A stretch of DNA of 64,000 bases from Basidiobolus meristosporus CBS 931.73 (Eukaryota > Fungi > Basidiobolomycota): NCBI GenBank assembly GCA_002104905.1, contig MCFE01000068.1, forward strand, positions 1-64,000, written 5' to 3'. Of the stretch, positions 38,201 to 50,286 are shown in pieces. Both the position numbers and the translations under genes were made by a program. A model generated the notes under the pieces. The model was not told the DNA's origin and did not search any database. It saw nothing but the letters and a program-made list of their open reading frames with translations. Each line of letters begins with the position of its first letter. The stretch's first letter is position 1.

Positions 38201-41200
38201 CCCAGCAACTGAAGGTGTACCCAGTCTTCGCACTGGGGAAACGCTCCAACGGGTGCGTACGCAGGCAGCCATCGTACCCGTTGAAGTTGAAAAACCAACA
38301 TGGATCCAGCCTGCGGGAAATACGCTCGATAGCATGCATCATCTGGCGCTGGATTTCATCCATGAACAACGGGTCAAATCGAAACTCGAACTCGTCATGA
38401 TTACGGATGGCAAATGACCCCGAATCGAGCGTGGTAATTGTCCGCTGGTTTGCGCTATCAATGAATCTCCCAAGCATCCCAAATGGATCGAACGCGACAT
38501 TGAAGAGCAAAGTGACCTCGCTGGAAGTGATATTAAAGGAGCCTAAAGCCGGAATCAGGTCTATGTATGGCGGGGGTTCGAGTGCAGACTCGGAGCCCGG
38601 CTCATTGTCCCCTTTCTTCCTGTATCTACCCTTGGAAAAGAGAAGCTCAAGAACATACTGCAAAGCATGGCCTGCGCATAGAAGCTCTTGGTTTCTAGGG
38701 TTGATGCGCATCATATGCTGTAGAAGATTGAAAAGATAGTGGGAATATGCCTCCGTGTCCTGCTCAGCCAGTCGAGTCATGAATTTCACAACCATCATGG
38801 CCGCCTCTGCATCACGAAAAGTGATCTCGCAAAAGTTCCGAACTGGGCTCTTGTCACGTACAATGGAGGTATCCAGCGTGCTTTCTGCCTCACCGTTAGT
38901 TGCAGAGTGAACGGTACTGGAGTTTCGGACGGAGGGGAGGTGGGGCTCTTTCGATTGTTCTTTCTCGTTGAAGGCTTTCTTCGGGTAAGAGCCCGCTAGT
39001 CCGGGGCTTGGACATTGGTTCCGAAGCTGCCGTGCTGAGTCAATGCTCAGCACGGTACGCGAATCCTCCGAGTACACCTTGGCCATCTTAGTCCCAGGCA
39101 GATTCGAATCACGCCTATCGCGATTCAGAGAGGATATGTCACTCTCCGACAGATTGCTGTGAGGGAAGCCATTCGCGAAGAGGCTATTGTTGTCGGGAAT
39201 GTCTGTTCTTGACTGATCGCTGTAGATGCTCGATGGTCTAGAAAGTATGGGACCAACACTATGAGTGCTTTGTTTACTTCTTTGCCGCTTGTGTCCGCTG
39301 CTATCAACACTCTTTTTGTGTAAGCTCCCTCGGCGCTGCTGTACTAATGGCAATGGACACTCGTACAAGAGTGTAGGAACAACCAAATCGGCTACGTAAG
39401 GGAGAACGCAATTGCTAATAGCGAAGGGCTCCTCATCATCAGCATTGGTTTTGAGTGCTTGGAAGACACTACCGAAAGTGGCCACCTCGAGGATGATCTG
39501 ACAACAAGTTTGATCAAGAGGGATTTGTGAAGACAAGACTACTTCTAGGAAGCCTGCGTATCCAAACGTCTCCCCCAGGAAATTCTGTTTACTTTCAAAT
39601 CCAGTGAAGAAGTCCCCGATAGCCACCAACGCAGCCTTGGCAACCTCAGTTTCATCGGTGTGGCTCATGATGGCTAGGAGCACCTCCATCCCTCCGTGCT
39701 CACCAAAATGCCGTTTGGCAGACTCGCTCTTTCGAAAAACCGAGGAAACCACTTTACATAACTTGATTTGCAGCCAAGCATGGCCAGACCGCAAAGAACT
39801 ACCCCGAGGAGCCGGGATTTTCTCGAGAATGCTAGAGTCGTACTCATTCTCACATGTTCTTGCATCGAAAGCCATAGAGTCGGTGACCTCGATGGGGGAT
39901 AGAACAGATTTGAGTAATTTGATCAGCCATTTTATACTCTCTGGCCACTCGACACAGCAGATCAAGCAATCGCGCATCAGCCAGAGTCCGGTGTCAGCAA
40001 GGATCTTTTCACCCTCCTCGACCTCCTGAGCGAGCAACTCGTACATCTCTGCGTCAAGATCCTCGGTAGCGTATCTCGTCAATAGATAAGGACAGATGCT
40101 TGGAAAGATAATTGAATCATTCAATGTTTCAAAGCCTTGCATCATGTCGAAAAGCTCCAGGTTCCGGCTAATAGCGTCGATCAGTAGCCCAACAATTTGA
40201 GAGAGCAACATGTACTGCTCTCGAATCACAACCAAGGTGTGTTGGATATCCCGGGTGTGGGACTCGGGGCTCGCTGGAGGGTTACTCGAATAGTTAAGAG
40301 CTTTCAACTGTGAGTGGGCTGGGCTCTCTGCGGTATGATATATACGGCGTAGCAACTGCAGATAAATATTCAAATACTTCTCATCAATAGCATGGAGCCG
40401 GCAGACCAGATCCGACAGCAAGCGTGACACGCTTTTCAGAATCATGTTGACTAGAATGCTGCGAGTGGGAAGTTCTAGCTCCAGAAGAAGTCGAGAGTAT
40501 TCCTAGAACATCGTCATGAATTGGTGGTTCTTTCTAGAAAGGGTGAAATTGCTTGGCACTCACATGAAGGACGTAATCGCAGTGATCGCTGAGCATTACT
40601 GATATATACTCCAGCAGCTTTATCACGGTATTCAAATACTGGTACAAAGGATCCTCCTCGACCGTCGTCTCTCTTAACTTCGGATCCACGGCAAGATATG
40701 GACGAACTTGGCTCGATTCCTCAGGCAACCCCACCTCTTGTTGGAGCGACTATAAGTTCAATCAGTATATTATTAGGGAAAGATTTACGCATGCATAATT
40801 GATAATTACTAGCGCTTGGACAATGTCGTCTCTGGAAGACCCGGATGAAGCTGCAGAGCTAAGAAGACCCATCAATATGTCGACACCTCCAATTTTCCAT
40901 GCCACGGCAGCATTCAATGGGTTCAGCGAAATGAGGTCCTGGCGCAAACAGTCAGACCACCTGTTGGCTAAGATTCGGAATATGTGAACCACCGACCTGG
41001 ATACATGCCACTGCATGTTTTCTGACTTCAATTCGGGCTGAGGAGACAGCGGCTCTAAACATTAATTCGAAAGCATCATGGTTGCCAACAATCTATTAGG
41101 TTAAGCATCGAATCATAGAAAGGTTAGCTTTCATGCGGCGGCTTCAGAATATCGAGATAACGTACCAAATCTTGATTCCCATCCAATGCTATCGTAAACA

Positions 41201-43245
41201 AGATATTGAAGCAGTCCTAGATATCCAAAAGCAATGAGTGATCCATCGACACCAACTGCCATACCACCAACACTCACTTGCAAGAATACTTCATTTTCAC
41301 CAACGCCGCCACCAATTATCTCGTCAAATACTTTCAGCATCACGGAATATCCGTCCATTCTTCGAAATTCCAATTGGTTCTCAACATTCCGAAATAATAG
41401 TTTACATATGGTCTCGACAACATCGAGCTTGGAGACGAGATTTAACTGAATCGTCGGATGAGAAGCAGCCTCATTAAGTATAGACGTCAATGAACGCAAC
41501 GCGCCTTGGACGCGCATGAACTCCTGCAAATGATAGATCAGTATGAGCAACAAGAGAAACGAGATGGGCCCTCCAACCTTAAGTATGTCCGAGTTGTTAT
41601 TCGCGTCTCCAAGATCATTAAGCGTTTCTGGCAAATGGAAATGGTTAAAGCGCTGGCATGTGGCACCCAGTTTGCAAGATCTTCTTACCAACGCTTCTTT
41701 TATCAACCTCTCTGTTGGTTGTCTCGGTGGTGGCGTCTGAAACGCATTCTATATCTATATGCGTGCACTTTGTTAGGTAGCCAAACTTGGACAGTATTGC
41801 TAGGTGAATGTAGATTTACCATGCTTGGTGGAGAGCCGCTGCATCAATGTGCTCACATCCTCGTTAGATGGTATGAATGCCCTATCGGAACAAATAAGTG
41901 TCTAGAACAAACGCGTAACGGTCTGGAACCAACGATACATACAACAGTGGGGCTTGGGTCGAGCGTTCTTGACTGCCTACTTCGGTGTCTTTGAGTTTAC
42001 ACACTATATTAGCATCCAAAAGCGCGAAACTACACACCGAATAATAAATACCGTCTGAGGGATTACTACTCATTGTGTTGAAAACTCTACCGAGCTCGGA
42101 GATCACAAGTTCCCGGACATCTGAAACAAGATGGGACACCTTTTCTCCCAAGACCCCACCAAAGAAATTGGTGACCTCGGCAGGCATCTGGTCCAACTTG
42201 GCATTGATCTCGTCCATCGAGTCCGAAAGACCCATGTTCTATTGAAAATAGTTAAGTGGCTGCGCTTGGAAAAGTGGCGACGGGGTCATTACCGCTAAGG
42301 ATTCCCCTCGCACTTCAAGCAGATGCTTCATGGTCTTCACAATCTCTGTGGTTAACTCTGGGTCACCCTCAAGTAGTAATCTCAGGATTTTTTTGAACCC
42401 CTGATGCCGACCTGTAGAGCTCTTGTTAGTCGACCGGTTGCTCTTCGTCCCTCCCCCAATGCTCCTGTATTTACCGATCTCTATTTTGTTTCCATCGGTT
42501 TCGCCTAGTGTGCTAATTACTCGTAAAGCCAATTTCTTCGTTTCGGTTGTATTCAACCTTTCTAGCAGCAGTAAAATGCGATTGATCAAGTTGGGTGTGT
42601 TGGCAACTACTTGACGGTACTTCTCTTCCTGGGTTATGAATTAGCTCTGAGCGGAGAGTAGCCGAAGACACACAACCATACGAACCTTTAAAATTAGCTC
42701 GGCCACATTCAGCGCCTTATTAATGAGCTCAGCCAGCCAAGCAACATTTTGGTTGATATTCTCTTTGGTGACCTCGCTTTGTTACTGGTGTAAGTGGATG
42801 AGGAGAGCGAAGGTAACAATGGCCCCAATAACTAACCGATCAATTATGTTGAGCAGATTCATTAATACTTCGGTGCAATCGCCGTAGAGTTTGTCGAGTG
42901 AGAAGTCTTGGGTTAGCATTGCACCGGAAGCGTTCCACTCATTATAAGCGTATTGGAAGGAATCTAAGAAGGCGTTGAGTTTCTGAACCATTAATTCCAT
43001 GTCACTAGAAATTGTTTGAATGCGGTGTAAGATAGTCTATCATGAAGAGGCAGGGAATAGAAGAGGTTGAATATCCTGCCACGTTCCATCGCAGATATGC
43101 TAATGACCGAAACAAGGTAGCAACATGAAGTCGTGAATAAGGTTTTACTCAACTCTTTGTCAGAAACCGATTTGTACTCCTCCCAGCATTTCTGAATTCT
43201 ACGATATGTTTTTCGCATCGCCCATTTCTGGCGGACGGAGTTCAT
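35205..43245 (-). CDS. Very large neurobeachin/LRBA-like ARM + concanavalin-A-like + DUF4704-like scaffold that ends without PH-BEACH-WD40; intron-rich 5' part and one ~5.2-kb terminal exon
   Basis: ConA-like GYTFSCWVK...WRHIAFVH...LFVDG...GQIGSIHI...IYNQGP; DUF4704-like SIKDVITDVGGIQLCFPFLE; repeated GG-x-x-hydrophobic ARM-type motifs; joining the upstream exons (40500-43245) into one gene is inferred from strand and splice signals. Confidence 0.72.
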
Positions 43246-43796
43246 TTTCCCACAATTATATACTTAAGATTAATTGGTAAGTTGTTGAGGCGAGAGGGGG
43301 TACAACACTCAGTACACTAAGCACGTGGGTGATGACAGGTTGTTTTCGTAGTTGGAAATGATAATCTGATGAAAGCGAGTCTGGTCGAAAATTGGGCGTG
43401 TTCTTCTAGCATTCGTCGGCTACTCAGGTGCAGTGAAACAGTATGTAGTCGCCACGATAACACAACGAGACAATACACGGTTCTTCCAGGTATTCGAACG
43501 AATTTGAAAAATAGGGAAGGGAATCTAGGTTATTCAAGATCAAAAATAGCCAAGTATGAGCGTCTCGTGCCAAGCCGGCAATATAGAAAAGGGGTTGGTA
43601 AATAGTAAAGGGGAATAAAAAACAGAGATAAATCAAATGTGTAAATACGGCTAACCTAAATCTACGCTAACTCTTTCCATGATATTAGGATTGCCTCGCT
43701 AACACGTGATAATGATCCTTGTTTTTTCTTGGCTTTTTTGTTGATGACAGTTTGCTGTTTTACGGCATCTTCCTTCCGATAGACACAACATACATC

Positions 43797-44609
43797 ATGG
43801 GTCTACTAACCATCCTAAAAAAGAATAGACAGAAGGAAAAGGAGATGCGTCTGCTGATGCTGTAAAGTAAACCTTCGATTTTCCGCTTTCCGACCCATGC
43901 TTACGAAGTGACCATCACATTTGCCTTTATTGACACTAGTGGTTTAGATAATGCCGGCAAGACGACCATTCTCAAAAGAATTAATGGGGAGGATATAAAC
44001 ACGATCTCTCCCACTTTGGGTTTTAATATTAAGACTCTAGAGCACAGTGGGTACCGTAACGTGTGATTTTGCTCAAATGGAGAATGGAGCTGACCCGACT
44101 CTCCTTAGATTCAAATTAAACATATGGGATGTTGGAGGCCAAAAGTCCATCCGTTCGTACTGGCGTAACTACTTCGAACAAACTGATGGCTTGGTGTGGG
44201 TGGTCGACTCTGCCGATAGATTACGTATGCAAGATTGTAAGAACGAACTAGCTGCTTTGTTAAAGGAAGAGGCATGGAGATCTATGTACATGTAGCTGCT
44301 ATAGTTGTAACACCGTACTAACTTCCATATAGAGGCTTTCCGGTGCCACTCTACTCGTACTTGCCAACAAGCAAGACCTTGCTGGTGCTTTGACAGAACA
44401 AGAGATCAGAGAGGTAGGAACGTGATCCCTGAGATTCATCATATATCACTAGATTCACATGATCACTTCTGCAGGCCCTGGATTTAGACTCTATCCAGGC
44501 ACATCATTGGGCCATTTTAACCTGTAGTGCGGTAACTGGCAAAAACCTTCTGACAGGAATGGATTGGATTGTGAGCGATATAGCCTCCCGCATATACCTT
44601 TTCGAATGA
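43797..44609 (+). CDS. ARL2: ADP-ribosylation factor-like GTPase 2 (Arl2/Cin4/Alp41), multi-exon
   Basis: [52 protein letters not shown]. Confidence 0.96.
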
Positions 44610-45347
44610 ACGCTTAATATTACAATATAAATAATCAGACCGTCCAACAATTTCTTGAATTTGACATTTTGCATAGTAGTATGTACCCATGACTTGAAAC
44701 GCAACAAGAGTGGAATTTCTCAAGCTCCGTGATTAAAACTGGGGTTTATATAAAACCGCTCCCGGCGAATGGAATCCCCAAGGACCCATCAGAACGATAG
44801 GAACAGGGACCTAGTAGCCAAGCGCATATACTCATATGGCATCCTCAGTATGAGGTGAGCAATGCACTCTACTAAACGGTTCATGACGATAACACACCAA
44901 TTGCCATGTATTTATAAAGAGAAAAAAAAACTATCCAGGGGGACCAATTTCACATGGGTATCGAAAATCTCTACCCGAGCAATAGAAAACCGCATTTAAC
45001 CAACCTGATTTAGCTAAGCCAAATTAACAAAGCATTTCATCAAATCGTTTAGTTGCAACCAATTTTCAGGCCCACAATTTATGGCATTCTCCTTCATGAG
45101 CTTTCCCCAAACTTCCCCACACGACCTGACCCTTTACAGATCGATTTCCCCATTCTTTACCTTCGTTCCCCCATCAACTTCTGATGACCCATTCACCTTG
45201 GTCTTTGTAGCCAATAGGAGGGGATTTCATGGGCTGGCCCTGGAACAATCCAACTCTCCTCGCACCCAAAATTTTTGTCCATCAAGATAATATTTCGCTG
45301 AGTTCTTGACGTTCCTTTGTTCTTACAGCTTATTTCCAACTGTAATC

Positions 45348-47025
<1,678 letters not shown>

Positions 47026-47370
47026 ATCTGATCTCCCCCAGCCACACTAACTTTAGCCCCCATATCTCACTCATACTTCTACCACTCGTCATTTTCATTC
47101 CAGTTTACATTCACATCATAAATATATAACGTTTGAAACCTACCATTGGTGATGCTATGTAATTTTTGTATTTTCAACATTTACAAACGGTATTAAACAT
47201 ATCTGACAACGATGGGCCTCGATTTATTTCTTCCGGTCATGATTGATTTCCTCCACTATGTGACAAAGACGGTCGGTTCCTCTCGCTTGCTGGAGAGCCA
47301 CTCATCTACAATTTACAGCGCCGCTGGGGCCGGCTTTGGTTGTACCAACAAGGTCACGAGCACGCACCAA

Positions 47371-48042
47371 TCAGCTCTCTTGTGCTCTGTGCATGAGAAG
47401 ATGGGCTGGGTTTGCTTTGGAGATGTTGGAGAGGTCGTCTTCCCAGCTGAGGGTTTCCACCAGCTCTTCCACATCCTCCAGTCCCTCATGGCTATCTATG
47501 AGGAGGTTGATCGATCTGAACAGGTACGACTGCGCCTGCTCCAGCTGTCGGAGCTGGCCAAGAATCCGATTGTCCACCGACCACACAGATTGTGCGTAGG
47601 ACATGAATGGGATGGCCGTTGGCCGCTTCTCTTGTATGGGCACGGGTCGTATGTCGACCAGCGTATAGTCTCGGGATTTCTCGACCACCTCCAAAGCATA
47701 GTCTGGGGATTTCTCGACCACCCCCAAAGGACTCTGGTCGTTGAGCGATGAGTAAGTCGGGTGGATGGTGGAAGTAAGGGTGGCGTGGCGCTTGACTTGG
47801 TGGAAATACTGCCAGAAGGCTTGAATAAGCCCGGCGGCGAATAGAAGAAGGTCCAGCAGAAGTCGAACGCCCGGTACAGAGTTTATCACCCAGTTGGGCG
47901 TGGTCTCTTCCGTGCGGGTTTGGGTCATTGATGTGGAGATAAACAAGGGAATAATCAGCTCGCGTAAATGTTGGTGAGCTAGGACGGGTAGGTCTTTTAT
48001 ATGGTCTTCAGTAGCGAGACGAGATGTCGTGCCACCTAGCAT
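47371..48042 (-). CDS. Hypothetical protein with a hydrophobic segment and an internal 11-aa repeat
   Basis: 223-aa ORF; 33-nt tandem repeat at 47665/47698 encoding VVEKSPDYALE/VVEKSRDYTLV keeps frame. Confidence 0.55.
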   Translation of the reverse strand: MLGGTTSRLATEDHIKDLPVLAHQHLRELIIPLFISTSMTQTRTEETTPNWVINSVPGVRLLLDLLLFAAGLIQAFWQYFHQVKRHATLTSTIHPTYSSLNDQSPLGVVEKSPDYALEVVEKSRDYTLVDIRPVPIQEKRPTAIPFMSYAQSVWSVDNRILGQLRQLEQAQSYLFRSINLLIDSHEGLEDVEELVETLSWEDDLSNISKANPAHLLMHRAQES

Positions 48043-48212
48043 GGGTACATTGGGGCGGCAACACGAGTGCGAATTGGGAAATATTTAAGTGTTCTACCAT
48101 TGAATTGATGGGACTATTTTAATGGGCGGGAGGGGATTCACGAAACACTGGATGCGTACCGTGATTAGATGGTGTACTTCGATTGATTCGTGGATAAGTT
48201 GAGCAACGCTAA

Positions 48213-48918
48213 TCAGTCTGAGCAGCATCCAAAGCAGTTGGCTAATCCGAGTCGGTCAAACCAGCTCAAAAACTGCCCTTCCGTTTTGTAGACCGGTGTT
48301 GACGGTGCAGAGCTGGAGGGGATAAGGGTGGTGTTCTCGGTAGCATCTTGCTCCGCTCCCTGAGGCGAGTATTTGAGGTCGTTATGCTTCCATAGTAACC
48401 ACAGGCCTTCGTCTACCGCCACCACCTTGGCGGCATCTGGGTCGGCCTCTTCCTCAGAATCGTAGGCTGCGACGTGTTCTTCGTCTAAACAAAGTATTAG
48501 CCAGAGGAAGGTCGTAAGAGAGGCCTCTCCCGTCTACCTGAGCTCTCTTCGTTGCTGGGGATCTTCGGGGTGGATTTGGCTCTTTCATGCAGGAACTCTA
48601 AAATGGAAGTGAGCCTGGTGAATCTCAAGTGGTGCCCCAACCAGCCAACCAATACCAGTTACCTAGTCTTTTAATGTGCTTCTCCTGGTCACTCTGTAAC
48701 CTCCACTTTATCCCTCTTCCATCTGTCCCCTGGTCAAGCAATCCTTCCCAGGCGGACCCCTCGGTCGTTCTCTAAACAGGTCTTCATAAGTATCCAGCCC
48801 AACCAAATCCTTCACGCAGCAAACCTCAAATCACCTGGTTGGCGTCCGGTTGCACCGTTTGGAGTCGCTGGCCAAACAAGTCCTCGCCAGCTGGTGGAAA
48901 GGGAGATTCACTGCACAT
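48213..48918 (-). CDS. Hypothetical multi-exon protein ending in a Cys cluster (CFGCCSD)
   Basis: Four exons can be joined in frame through GT..AG introns (MCSESPFPP...HIKRLEFLHERAK...SWFDRLGLANCFGCCSD); the start may lie further upstream. Confidence 0.55.
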
Positions 48919-49527
48919 GCACCGAATTGAATGAAGTTGCGATCGATTCTCGAATCCCTCCCGGAAAGAGGAGGAAGGGGAATTTATAGATGAATCTCCG
49001 CCCTATTGCGACCCGGATCCATCCCTCTGGTGAGGTGGGTCCACCCGCGCGGGCGATTCCCTCTATTCCGTTTAGTAACAAGGAGGCCACGTAGGATGGA
49101 TCCAGACAACCTTGCTAATTGAACGGAATTCATTTTCTTGTGCCCTTCCCTCGCACCGGGGTCCCGTTCTTTATATGCCTTCTGTACTCTCTTCTCCGAA
49201 ATTTCTAGAAACCCGTCGCCCGTGGTAGCTTCCCTACAATTTCGGGGTGTCCCCACTTGATCGCCAATCATCAACTAGGGATCCCTGTCGATTTTTTGTG
49301 GTCAACTCCATGGCCAAATGGCACTAAGCAACCTAGGTTTCTCCATGATCCATTAGAGGTTTATTCTAACCCATTGCTCTCATATGCAACACATTGGCAG
49401 ATGATATGATCTCCCAGGTTGCTAACATTCCTGTGCCATTTTATTGAGCATCAACTGATCATTAGTTTTGGTGGTCACAACTGTGGTTTAGAAAGCATAT
49501 GTGATGCTCTTACATAATGATGGAAAT

Positions 49528-50225
49528 TGTTGTAGGAGTTTTGGAGATATTGTAAGTGATTGGGGGGGGGGAGCAAGTAGAATGTTTGGTTTTCACTTAA
49601 TGATTTGTTGAATGTAAAAGTAGTACTTACACTTTTACATGGTCTTGGAAATACATACATGTAGAATATGTTTAGGGAGATCTCTAGAACATGTGTACAA
49701 TGTTAGGGGCTGTTTAGACATCTCAATAATTTTTCACATCCTAGATACTCTACATTTTGGAGAGAATATTCTGTTGTGAAAATTTGTAATTCCACCTAAA
49801 TATTTACCTAACTTAGCTGCTTAGATCATTACCTACAAATCTTAGAGAATACTGACCAAATTCCTTATTGGGATTTACTTGGATCATTTTCACCATAACA
49901 TCAGGTACCCTGAACATGAGATTTTTTTCAGTTGTCCACACAGCCATAAGCTTTGTACACATGCTCTTGGGATCTTTCTAAGCATATTCTACATGTTTGT
50001 TTTGCCAAGACCATGTAAAAGTATAAAACCACTTTTACATTCAATAAATTGTTAAGTGAAAGTCACATAATTTACTTGAGCTCCCAATCACTTCAAACAT
50101 CTCCAAAACTCCCACAGTATATTCTAGGTATATCCCCACTAGGAATTTGGCTAGAATTTGCTGAGATCTGCAGACTATGGCTTAGGTGACTAAGCTAAGT
50201 GAACATTTAGTTCTGATCACAATAC
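49528..50225 (-). mobile_element. Antisense Copia-family LTR, interrupted by a solo LTR
   Basis: Begins tgttgtaggagttttggagat (reverse complement of the family LTR 3' end) and resumes after 50124 with gtgactaagctaagtgaacatttag; right end approximate. Confidence 0.75.
49772..50119 (+). mobile_element. Solo LTR (348 bp) with 5-bp target-site duplication TATTC
   Basis: Homologous to LTRs at 50287 and 57406; TATTC at 49767-49771 and 50120-50124. Confidence 0.9.
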
Positions 50226-50286
50226 TTACTACACTCTCACTCAATCTAATATCAATACCAAATAGTCTCAGACATAATCAAAGATA

